A stretch of DNA of 50,879 nucleotides, from positions 1 through 50,879 of the forward strand of contig CAZGOR010000002.1 in assembly GCA_964527875.1 (NCBI GenBank), read 5' to 3'. The position numbers and the translations under genes are program-made. This document shows, one piece after another, positions 37,663 through 47,348 of the stretch (positions are counted from its first letter, which is position 1; every line of letters starts with the position of its first letter). The notes under the pieces were generated by a model that worked only from the letters and a program-made list of their open reading frames with translations, ran no database searches and was not told the origin of the DNA. Origin of the DNA: an uncultured Bacteroides sp. Its GTDB lineage: Bacteria > Bacteroidota > Bacteroidia > Bacteroidales > SM23-62.

Positions 37663-37702
37663 ATTCTTAATTATTAATGATTTGCTACAGCGTTTGGTAA
37701 TG

Positions 37703-38056
37703 TCATAAATTCTTTAATCCCATCCTTTTCTTCTGTGATAATCCCTTTATCACCAGTTCATAGGAATGATCAATCCAGGAAAAGATTAAAGAATCCGGGA
37801 TACTACCGTCTATCAGGATCGTATTCCAGTGTTTCTTGTTCATATGGTATCCCGGTATAATTGTTGCGTATCTTTCCCTTAGTTCAATAGCTTTTCCCTG
37901 ATCACATTTCAGGTTGATGCTCAGGTCTCCCTCCAGGTCGGTAAGCGCAAACATCCTGTCCATGACCTTGAAAACAAGTGTCGTTTCATCAAAAGGAAAA
38001 CTTTCTGTCGCTCCCTTCTTTGACAGGCAATATTCTCTCAATTCCTCGATGTTCAT
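37703..38056 (-). CDS. MmcQ/YjbR family DNA-binding protein
   Basis: 117 aa. EELREYCLSKKGATESFPFDETTLVFKV...KHWNTI. Confidence 0.8.
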   Translation of the reverse strand: MNIEELREYCLSKKGATESFPFDETTLVFKVMDRMFALTDLEGDLSINLKCDQGKAIELRERYATIIPGYHMNKKHWNTILIDGSIPDSLIFSWIDHSYELVIKGLSQKKRMGLKNL

Positions 38057-38107
38057 TACTATTTATAACCCTTACCTTTTATTGAAAGTGATGTTAATCT
38101 AAAATTA

Positions 38108-38464
38108 TTACGGACTAAATGCATCCACTATATGTTCAATAAGAATCTCTTCATGTTTATACACAACAAATATCACATCAAACCTCACTTCCATGTCAAT
38201 ATCTTTTTTCATCATATATGCTTCTGTTGCCTCAATCAGGTAACGTTGTTTACCTGATTTAACTATATCTCCGGGTCGTTCATCACTCCAGAAGGATCTT
38301 GTCTTCACTTCAACGATTACTAAAAGCGGGTCTTTTTTTGAAATGATGTCGATCTCTTTCTTTTTATATCTGAAATTGGTGAATAATATCTCGTAACCAT
38401 GATCTTTCAGGTATTCAGCAGCAATTTCCTCACTTTTCTTACCTTTTTCAATATGCTTCGCCAT
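38108..38464 (-). CDS. YraN family (UPF0102) endonuclease-like protein
   Basis: 118 aa. GKKSEEIAAEYLKDHGYEIL..NFR....EIDII......LVIVEVKTR. Confidence 0.85.
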   Translation of the reverse strand: MAKHIEKGKKSEEIAAEYLKDHGYEILFTNFRYKKKEIDIISKKDPLLVIVEVKTRSFWSDERPGDIVKSGKQRYLIEATEAYMMKKDIDMEVRFDVIFVVYKHEEILIEHIVDAFSP

Positions 38465-38686
38465 GTTTTCTATTGTTTTTTCAATATGTGATTGAATAAA
38501 TTTTTTATAAAAATAGTGCTATCTTTTTTAATATTGGAATAATGAAATACTGGAATGTTGGAATATAGGGTTCGCAGCAACCGATAACCAATAACCAGGA
38601 ACTAATTCCCCCCGGTTGACAATCCAGCCTTCACTGAAGTTCCGGCTGGCAAGCGGATTCGACTGTTGCACCCTTTATTACTATAA

Positions 38687-38830
38687 CTGCCGGTTAACAA
38701 CCCTGCCTACCGGCAGGCAGGCGGCAAAACTTTCACACTTCTTTAACCTCAAACCTTCTTCTATTGTAGCAACTGCGACCATTGCGACCCTGCAACTTTG
38801 TATCCCTGCATCCTTTTCACCTCTATTCTT
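38687..38830 (+). repeat. repeat unit A (left copy), hairpin-rich word repeat
   Basis: CTGCCGGTTAACAACCCTGCCTACCGGCAGGCAGGCGG...GCAACTGCGACCATTGCGACCCTGCAACTTTGTATCCCTGCATC matches the reverse complement of 49605-49762 over most positions. Confidence 0.85.
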
Positions 38831-39674
38831 GTCTGGATAGAAATGCGGCGCGCGCAACGAGATAATTCTCATCCACGTTTCCGCATGCCCCCCTGCGATC
38901 CCGGACGGTCGGATTTCCCGAGTACCGGTTCTGACAATAACGATTATAAAAGTAATTACACCCAAAGTCTTTCCCTGGAAACTGAAGCTTAAATGCTGGC
39001 TCATATACACCCCAAATCTCCAAGGTTTACTTAAGGTTTAGACTTATGACCTATGCTCAATCGGTTCTGTGCCCGATGGCATTGTCGGTGCCCGCTATTT
39101 GCCCAGAGCCCCTTTGCCTGCATCAGGTGTTACGTTACTGCAGTATATCAGTGGACATTACTCCTCCTTCATCGCTCATACGAATTCATGCGCCAGACCA
39201 ATATCCTCTTGTCTTCTCCAGATTCGCCGTCGTCGACAAGTCTTTGCAGGTTGCCGCCAGCCCCTGCTGGAAATCGGCCCTTCCCGACTTTATTCCCTGC
39301 AATCTCTGTATAAGTGTCCAGACCCCCACCCCGCCCTGTACCTCCGGTGCTCTCGCCCATTTCTTCCCGGAAGTCTCCGGCCTCACCTCACTAAAAACAG
39401 GTTCGGCTCACAAAACAATCCCTGATATGCAACTTTAACAGGGGGCTCCTTTCGGGGGTGCAGTCATTCTCTAATGTTTGGACTCTCATACTTGCTTGGC
39501 CTCCATGTTGTACCCACCATGGTAACTCTGTTTTTATCCAGGCGGACAGGCCGTTTACACCACCCTATCCTGGTTGGTTATCTGCCCCAGCCTGTGGTAT
39601 CGCTACATGCCCGACATGGGCAATTGGCATGACTGGACTTTCACCAGTTAGATTGCAGCTTTGTCGGCTGCTCC
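38831..39674 (-). mobile_element. 844-bp ORF-less, GC-rich insertion with a group II intron-like architecture (putative IEP-less intron relic)
   Basis: Absent from the otherwise collinear repeat copy at 49503-49762. On the minus strand there are ~516 nt of non-coding sequence (..CUGGUGAAAGUCCAG..), then GAAGGAGGAGUA-AUG plus 7 codons (39135-39158). A D5-like 35-nt hairpin lies at 38897-38931, followed by a 3-nt linker. A D6-like helix at 38835-38893 carries a bulged A (38838) 7 nt from an ...AC end. Confidence 0.55.
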
Positions 39675-39775
39675 CCTTAGCCTCAGCCTTGCCCTGTGAA
39701 ATGCAAAGCAATTTTGCAAGCAAAATTATTTCACAGGGCGAGCCTTAGCCTTCTTATATTGCAACCATTGCGACA
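39675..39775 (+). repeat. repeat unit B (left copy) containing a long hairpin
   Basis: CCTTAGCCTCAGCCTTGCCCTGTGAAATGCAAAGCAATTTTGCAAGCAAAATTATTTCACAGGGCGAGCCTTAGCCTTCTTATATTGCAACCATTGCGAC is nearly identical to the reverse complement of 49503-49604. Confidence 0.9.
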
Positions 39776-39866
39776 ATTTAAACCATTGAAGCCACTTCAT
39801 CTGATGCATTAACAAACCTTGTTGAAAGTTCTCCCCTTACAACCTATGACATCTTATTTTCTTAAT

Positions 39867-39874
39867 TATCTTTG
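39867..39874 (+). promoter_or_regulatory. candidate Bacteroidota -7 promoter box for metG
   Basis: TATCTTTG fits TAnnTTTG, 43 nt upstream of the metG ATG. I found no clear -33 TTTG. Confidence 0.35.
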
Positions 39875-39916
39875 TCAGATTATACCGACTCATAATCGAC
39901 AACAGAGGCAGGTTCC

Positions 39917-41950
39917 ATGAAAAAATACAAACGTCACCTTATTACTGCCGCACTGCCTTATGCAAACGGACCTGTACACATTGGCCATCTTGCTGGCGTA
40001 TATGTCCCGGCTGACATTTATTCCAGGTATCTCCGTCTGAAGAGGGAGGACATCATTTTTATCTGCGGTTCAGATGAACATGGTGTACCGATAACCATCA
40101 AAGCCAGGCAGGAAGGTATAAGCCCTCAAAAGATTGTCGATAAGTACCACCAGCTCAACAAGGAATCCTTTGAAAAATTTGGTATCTCCTTCGATATCTA
40201 TCACCGTACCACTCATCCTACACACCACCAAACTGCTTCTGAGTTTTTTAAAACATTATTGGATAAGGGAAAGTTTACTGAAAAAACCACCCGGCAGTAT
40301 TATGATCCGGAAGCCAGCCAATTCCTGGCCGACAGGTATATCACCGGAACTTGTCCACGCTGTAATTATAACCACGCTTATGGCGACCAGTGTGAAAATT
40401 GTGGGAGTTCATTAAGCCCCACGGATCTCATCAATCCAAAATCAACCATCAGTGGCAGTCAACCCTTATTAAGAGAAACAAAACACTGGTATCTTCCACT
40501 GGATAAATATGAACCATTTCTTAAAAAATGGATCCTTGAAGAGAATAAACACTGGAAAAGCAATGTTTATGGTCAGTGCAAATCCTGGCTTGATGGAGGT
40601 CTTGAGCCAAGGGCCGTTACCCGTGATCTTGAGTGGGGAATTCCCGTTCCTGTTGAAAGAGCAAAAGGAAAGGTTCTCTATGTCTGGTTTGATGCACCCA
40701 TCGGATATATTTCTGCCACCAAGGATCTGACCAAAGAATGGGAGCTCTACTGGAAAGACAAGGAAACCCGGATGATTCATTTTATCGGAAAAGATAATAT
40801 TGTTTTTCATTGTATCATCTTTCCTGCTATGCTGAAAGCAGAGGGCACCTTCATCCTGCCTGAAAATGTTCCCGCCAATGAATTCCTAAACCTGGAAGGT
40901 GATAAAATCTCAACATCCAGGAACTGGGCAGTCTGGTTACATGAATATCTTGAAGAATTCAAAGACAAGCAGGATATATTAAGGTATGTATTGTGTGCCA
41001 GCGCACCCGAAACCAAGGACAATGATTTCACATGGAAAGATTTTCAGGCCAGAAATAATAATGAACTTGTTGCTATTCTCGGTAATTTTGTTCACCGCAC
41101 ACTGGTACTGACACATAAATATTTTGATGGGAAAACACCCGAATTAAAAAATCCGGATTCATATGATTCCAGAGTACTTGATGAAATATCAGCCATCAGG
41201 GGAAGGGTTGAATCCAACCTTGACCATTTTCGTTTCAGGGATGCCCTGAGAGAGGCGATGAATCTTGCAAGGTTAGGTAATAAATACCTTGCAGATACTG
41301 AACCATGGATATTGATTAAAACCGATAAGGAAAAGGTAGGCACTATCTTGAATGTATCATTGCAGATCACAGCCAACTTGTCTGCCCTGATTGAACCATT
41401 TATTCCCTTCACAGCAAAGAAACTGGTTGGATTTTTAAATATCAGCCCTGTAAAATGGTTTGAAATCGGGTCAAAAGAGATTTTGAAACCCGGCCATGAA
41501 ATCAACCAGCCGGAACTTCTGTTTGAAAAAATTGATGACACGATTATCCAGGCACAACTTGATAAACTCATAAAAATTAAGAAAATGAATGAATCAGCAG
41601 CATCCAGTCTTGAACCTGCACTTCAGGACATCAGCTTCGAAGAATTCAATAAAATGGACATCCGCACAGCGGTCATCCTGGAAGCAGAAAAAGTACCTAA
41701 AACGGATAAACTCCTTAAAGTCGTTGTGGATACCGGGTTGGATAAACGGACTGTGATCACCGGGATTGCTGAATTTTTCAAGCCCGAAGATCTGCCCGGA
41801 AAACAGGTTTGCGTACTGGCAAATCTGGCTCCACGGACAATCAGGGGAATTGAATCACATGGTATGATTCTCCTTGCAGAGGAACCGGATGGTAAATTTA
41901 TTTTTGTAGTCCCTGAAGAAAAAACAAATCCGGGATCTGTTGTTAAATAG
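39917..41950 (+). CDS. metG: methionine--tRNA ligase
   Basis: 677 aa. [11 protein letters not shown] (HIGH), CPRC...CENC zinc knuckles, KISTSR (KMSKS-like), and a C-terminal tRNA-binding (Trbp111-like) domain. Confidence 0.97.
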   Translation: MKKYKRHLITAALPYANGPVHIGHLAGVYVPADIYSRYLRLKREDIIFICGSDEHGVPITIKARQEGISPQKIVDKYHQLNKESFEKFGISFDIYHRTTHPTHHQTASEFFKTLLDKGKFTEKTTRQYYDPEASQFLADRYITGTCPRCNYNHAYGDQCENCGSSLSPTDLINPKSTISGSQPLLRETKHWYLPLDKYEPFLKKWILEENKHWKSNVYGQCKSWLDGGLEPRAVTRDLEWGIPVPVERAKGKVLYVWFDAPIGYISATKDLTKEWELYWKDKETRMIHFIGKDNIVFHCIIFPAMLKAEGTFILPENVPANEFLNLEGDKISTSRNWAVWLHEYLEEFKDKQDILRYVLCASAPETKDNDFTWKDFQARNNNELVAILGNFVHRTLVLTHKYFDGKTPELKNPDSYDSRVLDEISAIRGRVESNLDHFRFRDALREAMNLARLGNKYLADTEPWILIKTDKEKVGTILNVSLQITANLSALIEPFIPFTAKKLVGFLNISPVKWFEIGSKEILKPGHEINQPELLFEKIDDTIIQAQLDKLIKIKKMNESAASSLEPALQDISFEEFNKMDIRTAVILEAEKVPKTDKLLKVVVDTGLDKRTVITGIAEFFKPEDLPGKQVCVLANLAPRTIRGIESHGMILLAEEPDGKFIFVVPEEKTNPGSVVK

Positions 41951-41955
41951 GTGTT

Positions 41956-42879
41956 TTAGTATTTCAATATCCAGGCTGAGCTCATGCCGGGTAGTTTTCT
42001 CAATTCAACCAATGTCTGACTGGCTTCCTGCTTGTTATCAAAGCTTACAGCCGACACCCGGAAATACTCACTTTCAGCAGACAAGATCCGTGCATGGTAA
42101 CCCTGATCAATTAATCTTTTCATAAGCATCCTGGCATTTCCGAATTCCTTAAAACTTCCGGTTATAATATGATATTCGGTTGGGAAAAACTCAATAACTT
42201 CTGATTCTGATGTTTGGCCAATCCCAGCCTGCTGAATAGTCATTTCATTTTTTACCGGCATTTTACTGCTTGCTTCTTCTGTTTCTTTGAATAAACGAAA
42301 CCCGGTATAATCAAAATATCCTGTTTTTATTGGTACCAGAACCATGGCTGCCAGGATGGAGGCTGCAATACCTGAATAGACCAGTCGCCTGATCTTTTTC
42401 CTGCGGTTCATGCCTGACATCTCTGATGAAATATAACGGGAAGAACCCTGAACAACCGATTGGTACATTGACCTGATATAAACATCAGAAAGGCCGTATG
42501 ATTCAAGTAAAAAGTTGGTACTCAGCTCAGACTGAAATTGCAGTTTTTTGTGTTTATCCGGGTAAAAGAACCCGATTTCATCAATTGTAAATTTGTCACC
42601 CGATCCTGTTGTCTTCAATAATTTATCAGCATATGTAACAACAATTTTTTCGGCATCTTTATACCCCAAACCGGTTTTCCTTGAAATATGACCAATAAGC
42701 AATCCGTCATTGTGGCTTAAATTCCTGTTAAAAAGAATGGATTTAGAAGGTGGTGAGATGACCTTTTTCATTTCATTCACTTCAGCAGACTTATAATTGG
42801 CTATAAATCCGCCAAGACCGGGAATGATCACACAGTCATGAAGAAGTAAAAGTTCCTTGATATATATCTCTACATTCAT
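41956..42879 (-). CDS. HU-like domain + SPOR domain protein
   Basis: The N-terminus IKELLLLHDCVIIPGLGGFIANY is typical of the Bacteroidota HU-CCDC81-like domain. There is a mid TM segment, and the C-terminal YHIITGSFKEFGNARMLMKRLIDQGYHARIL is SPOR-like. Confidence 0.75.
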   Translation of the reverse strand: MNVEIYIKELLLLHDCVIIPGLGGFIANYKSAEVNEMKKVISPPSKSILFNRNLSHNDGLLIGHISRKTGLGYKDAEKIVVTYADKLLKTTGSGDKFTIDEIGFFYPDKHKKLQFQSELSTNFLLESYGLSDVYIRSMYQSVVQGSSRYISSEMSGMNRRKKIRRLVYSGIAASILAAMVLVPIKTGYFDYTGFRLFKETEEASSKMPVKNEMTIQQAGIGQTSESEVIEFFPTEYHIITGSFKEFGNARMLMKRLIDQGYHARILSAESEYFRVSAVSFDNKQEASQTLVELRKLPGMSSAWILKY

Positions 42880-43084
42880 AACAGTTAAACAAATGTAGTA
42901 AAATTTTCCTGGTTTAACCGGGAGCCATCTCTTTAAAAATTCCTTTTAAATTATGCTGAATCTTCAACGTAATAAATCTGCAAGAAATAAACAATTTATG
43001 AATTTAAATTTAATTTGACTATACAATTATTATTTTTGTACGTGTTGTTCACTTAAACCATAAATACTAATATATAGATATTTG

Positions 43085-43092
43085 TAGATTTG
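43085..43092 (+). promoter_or_regulatory. candidate -7 promoter box for the nucleotide-sugar gene block
   Basis: TAGATTTG fits TAnnTTTG, 105 nt upstream of the 43197 ATG. Confidence 0.25.
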
Positions 43093-43196
43093 TCCTCCCA
43101 AGAACCATGGATAAGTTCCATAAAATATATATTTCTATTACGTCACTATTTTTATTGCACAACAGTTTATTTATATTCTCTTTTTAATATCAGAAC

Positions 43197-44339
43197 ATGA
43201 AAAAAATAAGTGTGGTAGACCTTTCGGGTCAGTATATCAGGATCAGGAAGGAAATCGATGAAGCAATCCAGGGAGTTCTGGATTCTGCTTCATTTATTTA
43301 TGGCCCTGATGTAAAACTCTTTGAGGAAGAACTCATGAATTACCTGAATACCGGTCAGGTTATCACATGTGCCAACGGTACGGATGCTTTACAGGTAGCC
43401 TTGATGTCTCTCGGTCTGGAGCCAGGTGATGAGGTGATCACAACTCCATTTTCATTCATTTCCACCATTGAAGTGATCCGTCTGTTAAATCTTACACCTG
43501 TTCTGGTTGATATTCGTCCTGATACCTTTAACATTGATGAGAGCTCAATTGAAAAAGCAATTACTGAATGTACAAAAGCAATTATACCGGTTCACCTGTT
43601 TGGACAGTGTTGCAGAATGGAAACCATCAAAGATATAGCTGCCAGGCATCATTTATATATCATTGAAGATGCGGCCCAGGCAATGGGAACAGAATATCTT
43701 TTCAGTGATGGTTCCGTAAAAAAGGCAGGTACCATTGGTCATATCGGCTGTACATCATTCTATCCCAGTAAAAACCTCGCCTGTTACGGGGATGGTGGAG
43801 CATTATTTACCGACAATGAAAAACTGGGTTTAAAGATCAGATCTATTATCAATCATGGACAACGTAAAAAATATTTTTATGAGGATATTGGAGTTAATTC
43901 AAGACTTGACAGCATTCAGGCAGCTATCCTGAGAGTTAAACTGAAATATCTTGATGAGTTTAATAACGACAGGATCAATGCAGCTGCTTATTATAACCGG
44001 GCATTTGAACCATATACATACATTCTGACACCATTCCGTGCAGATTACTCAACCCATACTTATCACCAGTATACAATTACCTTACTGGGTTGTAGCCGCG
44101 ACAGCCTTCATGAATATCTGAAAGAGCATGACATCCCTACAATGATTTATTACCCGCTCCCATTCCATTTGCAAAAAGCCTATGCCGATCTGAATTATAA
44201 AGAAGGTGATTTCCCGGTTTCAGAAGAAATTTCAAATAGTGTATTATCCCTGCCCATGCATACAGAACTCGACGAAGAGCAGCTTGAGTATATCACACGG
44301 CATGTCATCCATTTCATAAATAATTGCAAATCAAAATAA
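43197..44339 (+). CDS. DegT/DnrJ/EryC1/StrS family sugar aminotransferase (WbpE/WlbC-like)
   Basis: 380 aa, PLP-dependent. FYPSKNL lysine motif. Followed by WbpD- and WbpB-like genes. Confidence 0.85.
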   Translation: MKKISVVDLSGQYIRIRKEIDEAIQGVLDSASFIYGPDVKLFEEELMNYLNTGQVITCANGTDALQVALMSLGLEPGDEVITTPFSFISTIEVIRLLNLTPVLVDIRPDTFNIDESSIEKAITECTKAIIPVHLFGQCCRMETIKDIAARHHLYIIEDAAQAMGTEYLFSDGSVKKAGTIGHIGCTSFYPSKNLACYGDGGALFTDNEKLGLKIRSIINHGQRKKYFYEDIGVNSRLDSIQAAILRVKLKYLDEFNNDRINAAAYYNRAFEPYTYILTPFRADYSTHTYHQYTITLLGCSRDSLHEYLKEHDIPTMIYYPLPFHLQKAYADLNYKEGDFPVSEEISNSVLSLPMHTELDEEQLEYITRHVIHFINNCKSK

Positions 44340-44340
44340 T

Positions 44341-44922
44341 ATGGACAATAAAAAATATTTTGCTCATGAAACTGCAGTCATTGACGAAGGTTGCGAAATT
44401 GGAAAGGGTACCAAAATATGGCATTTTTCACATGTAATGACTGGTGCGAAAATCGGAGATAACTGTAATCTCGGACAAAATGTCCTGGTTTCAACTTATG
44501 TTATCCTCGGCAATAATGTAAAAGTTCAGAACAATGTTTCTATTTATACAGGTGTGATTTGTGAGGATGATGTTTTTCTCGGACCATCAATGGTGTTTAC
44601 AAATATTTTAAATCCCAGAAGCCAGGTAATCAGACATGATCAGTATATTCAGACGATGGTAAGAAGAGGGGCCACAATCGGGGCTAATGCAACCATTCTT
44701 TGTGGTCAGGAAATCGGCGAATTTGCATTCATTGGTGCCGGATCTGTACTCACCAGGGATGTAAAACCTTATTCTCTTGTCGTCGGAAATCCTGCCCGGC
44801 ACATAGGATGGATGAGTGAGTACGGACACCGGTTATTTTTTGACGATAAAGGAGAAGCTATTTGCCCCGAAAGCAAAGAAAAATATAAATTAATTGACGG
44901 ACAGGTTAAAAAAATCAGTTAA
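44341..44922 (+). CDS. left-handed beta-helix (hexapeptide) N-acetyltransferase (WbpD/WlbB-like)
   Basis: 193 aa with hexapeptide repeats ([23 protein letters not shown]). The start is 2 nt after the aminotransferase stop. Confidence 0.8.
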   Translation: MDNKKYFAHETAVIDEGCEIGKGTKIWHFSHVMTGAKIGDNCNLGQNVLVSTYVILGNNVKVQNNVSIYTGVICEDDVFLGPSMVFTNILNPRSQVIRHDQYIQTMVRRGATIGANATILCGQEIGEFAFIGAGSVLTRDVKPYSLVVGNPARHIGWMSEYGHRLFFDDKGEAICPESKEKYKLIDGQVKKIS

Positions 44923-44925
44923 AAC

Positions 44926-45888
44926 ATGGATACAGCTTCAGGATTAAATTTTGCAATCATTGGTGTGGGAGGTTATATCGCCCCAAGACACATTAAAGCA
45001 ATAAAGGAAACAAAAAATAACCTTCTTGCTGCACTTGACATATGCGACAGTGTTGGGATTATTGACAGTTATTTTCCTTATTCTGATTTCTTTGTCGAAT
45101 TTGAAAGATTTGACCGGCACATAGATAAACTGAGACGAACAGATAAAAAAATTGATATTGTCAGTATATGCTCACCTAATTACCTTCATGATTCTCACAT
45201 CCGTTTTGCCTTGCGCAGCGGGGCTCACGCGATTTGCGAAAAACCACTGGTTTTAAATCCATGGAACATTGATGCACTGGAAGAATATGAAAATGATACA
45301 GGCAAAAAGGTATATAATGTGCTTCAACTGAGGCTTCATTCGGCTATCCAGGCCCTGCGCCGGAAAATCCAGAAAGGCCCGAAAAATAAGAAATATGATA
45401 TTCAGCTGACATATATTACCAGTCGTGGAAACTGGTATCACTTTTCATGGAAGGGTGACACACAAAAATCCGGTGGGATTGCTACCAATATCGGTGTTCA
45501 TTTTTTTGATATGTTAACCTGGATATTCGGGGATGTGAAAGAAAATATCACACATATTTCAAAACCCGATAAATCATCTGGTTTTCTCGAACTTGAAAAA
45601 GCAAGAGTGCGGTGGTTCCTGAGTATTGATTTTAACGATCTTCCCGAACAAACAAAAAAAGAAGGAAAACGGACATACAGGAATATCCTTATCGACAATG
45701 AAGAAATTGAATTCAGTGGTGGTTTTTCTGAACTGCATACGGAAACTTATCGTGAAATACTTGCCGGAAAGGGATTTGGACTTACAGAGGCTAAGAATTC
45801 AATCCAAACAGTTTATGCAATTCGCAACTCAGAACCAATGGGTTGTGTCGGATACTATCACCCGATGTGCAGAAATATCGCATTATAA
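44926..45888 (+). CDS. Gfo/Idh/MocA family oxidoreductase (WbpB/WlbA-like)
   Basis: 320 aa. FAIIGVGGYIAPRHIKAI Rossmann motif and the EKP motif (ICEKPL). Confidence 0.8.
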   Translation: MDTASGLNFAIIGVGGYIAPRHIKAIKETKNNLLAALDICDSVGIIDSYFPYSDFFVEFERFDRHIDKLRRTDKKIDIVSICSPNYLHDSHIRFALRSGAHAICEKPLVLNPWNIDALEEYENDTGKKVYNVLQLRLHSAIQALRRKIQKGPKNKKYDIQLTYITSRGNWYHFSWKGDTQKSGGIATNIGVHFFDMLTWIFGDVKENITHISKPDKSSGFLELEKARVRWFLSIDFNDLPEQTKKEGKRTYRNILIDNEEIEFSGGFSELHTETYREILAGKGFGLTEAKNSIQTVYAIRNSEPMGCVGYYHPMCRNIAL

Positions 45889-46055
45889 AAGATATAGAAA
45901 GTTCAACAGGTTATGCAATTATATGATGCAAGTTGTTAAATATCAATGTTTTATATAAAGCTTTGCCGTTGGTACTGCTTTGTATACACCTGATTAGGAA
46001 CATTGTACTTTTTAATTATACGACAAGCTAAAGTTTAAATACAGACAATAAAACA

Positions 46056-47345
46056 ATGTACAGGGAACTGGTTGATAAAAAAGCAAAAATGGCCTTGATC
46101 GGACTCGGTTATGTGGGATTGCCAATTGCCCTTGAATTCGCGAAAAAAGTATCTGTTATCGGATTCGACCTCAATCAGGAAAGGATCAATCTTATGCAAA
46201 AGGGAATAGATCCGAGTAATGAGCTGAATTCGGAAGCATTTAAAGGATGTGACATTAAATTTACATCTGATCAAAATGATATCAGGGAGGCGAAATGTTA
46301 TATTGTCGCTGTTCCTACTCCCATCGATGTACATAAACTGCCGGATCTCAAACCACTTCTGACAGCAACAGAGATTGTTGGTAAGGTCCTTAAGGAAGGA
46401 GATCATGTCATTTATGAATCAACCGTATACCCCGGCTGTACTGAAGAAGATTGTGTACCCATCCTTGAAAAGAATTCAGGATTAACATATATCAAACATT
46501 TCAAGGTTGGATACTCCCCTGAACGGATCAATCCGGGAGATAAAGAACATACTCTTAAAAAAATTATTAAGGTTGTTTCCGGTTGCGATGAATCCTCAGT
46601 TAAAGAAATAGCAATGATCTACGAATTGATCATTGAAGCCGGTGTTTACAAAGCCAGCTCAATAAAGGTGGCAGAAGCAGCAAAGGTTATTGAAAATACC
46701 CAGCGGGATATCAATATTGCCTTCATGAATGAATTATCAACGATATTTCATAAAATGGACCTCAACACCTATGAGGTTCTCGAGGCAGCATCCACCAAGT
46801 GGAATTTTCTTAGGTTTTATCCCGGACTGGTAGGCGGTCATTGCATTGGTGTAGACCCCTACTATCTTTCTTATAAAGCAAAACAATACGGGCATCACGC
46901 ACAAATCATTAATGCCGGAAGAGCCATCAACGATAGTATGGGTTATTATATCGCCGACCAGGTTTTAAAAAAACTTATCCCCCTCACCCGGGATATCCAG
47001 CAGAGTAAGGTGCTCGTTATGGGAATTACATTTAAAGAAAATGTGACTGATCTTCGTAATTCACGAACTATCGACCTGATTAATGAACTCCGGTCTTTTG
47101 GATTAAATGTCGATATTGTTGATCCCAGAGCATCAACTGAAGAAGTGAAATACGAATATGGGCTGGAACTTAAAGATCGGCCAACACCACCATATCAGGC
47201 TGTCATTGTGACTGTTAACCATAAAGAATACCTTGAGCTGGAAGAAGATTACTTCTCATCTCTTGGTAACAAAAACCTTTTGTTAGTCGATGTAAAGGGT
47301 ATATATAAAAAAAGGATAAAACAATTAAATTACTGGAGCCTTTAA
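46056..47345 (+). CDS. nucleotide-sugar 6-dehydrogenase (UDP-GlcNAc/UDP-GalNAc dehydrogenase; WbpA/TviB-like)
   Basis: 429 aa. ALIGLGYVGLPIALEFA, and catalytic GGHCIGVDPYY. Confidence 0.88.
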   Translation: MYRELVDKKAKMALIGLGYVGLPIALEFAKKVSVIGFDLNQERINLMQKGIDPSNELNSEAFKGCDIKFTSDQNDIREAKCYIVAVPTPIDVHKLPDLKPLLTATEIVGKVLKEGDHVIYESTVYPGCTEEDCVPILEKNSGLTYIKHFKVGYSPERINPGDKEHTLKKIIKVVSGCDESSVKEIAMIYELIIEAGVYKASSIKVAEAAKVIENTQRDINIAFMNELSTIFHKMDLNTYEVLEAASTKWNFLRFYPGLVGGHCIGVDPYYLSYKAKQYGHHAQIINAGRAINDSMGYYIADQVLKKLIPLTRDIQQSKVLVMGITFKENVTDLRNSRTIDLINELRSFGLNVDIVDPRASTEEVKYEYGLELKDRPTPPYQAVIVTVNHKEYLELEEDYFSSLGNKNLLLVDVKGIYKKRIKQLNYWSL

Positions 47346-47348
47346 TTA

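Noticed and set aside
38641-38680. GGCTGGCAAGCGGATTCGACTGTTGCA resembles the 5' end of tmRNA (GGGGCUGAUU..GGAUUCGAC)
   Set aside because: No tRNA-like T-arm or CCA-proximal 3' end, no resume codon or tag reading frame (..ALAA) and no pseudoknot-sized body could be found on either strand nearby.
38831-39674. RNase P RNA-like words (GUGAAAGUCC; ACAGAACCGAUU) inside the GC-rich block
   Set aside because: The two words are ~560 nt apart, far more than in a ~350-400-nt bacterial RNase P RNA. The other conserved regions are missing. The D5/D6-like 3' end and the SD-ATG stub fit a group II intron better.
38616-39748. A cluster of 60-130-codon ORFs on both strands (for example 38681-39010 minus, 39046-39438 plus, 39458-39748 plus, and 49615-49827 minus with the recurring PTGRQA peptide)
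   Set aside because: They overlap one another on both strands and have Pro/Ser/Cys/Arg-rich nonsense-like composition. They coincide with the repeat units and the GC-rich structured insertion. PTGRQA is just the translation of the CCTACCGGCAGGCAGGC hairpin. I treated them as non-coding.
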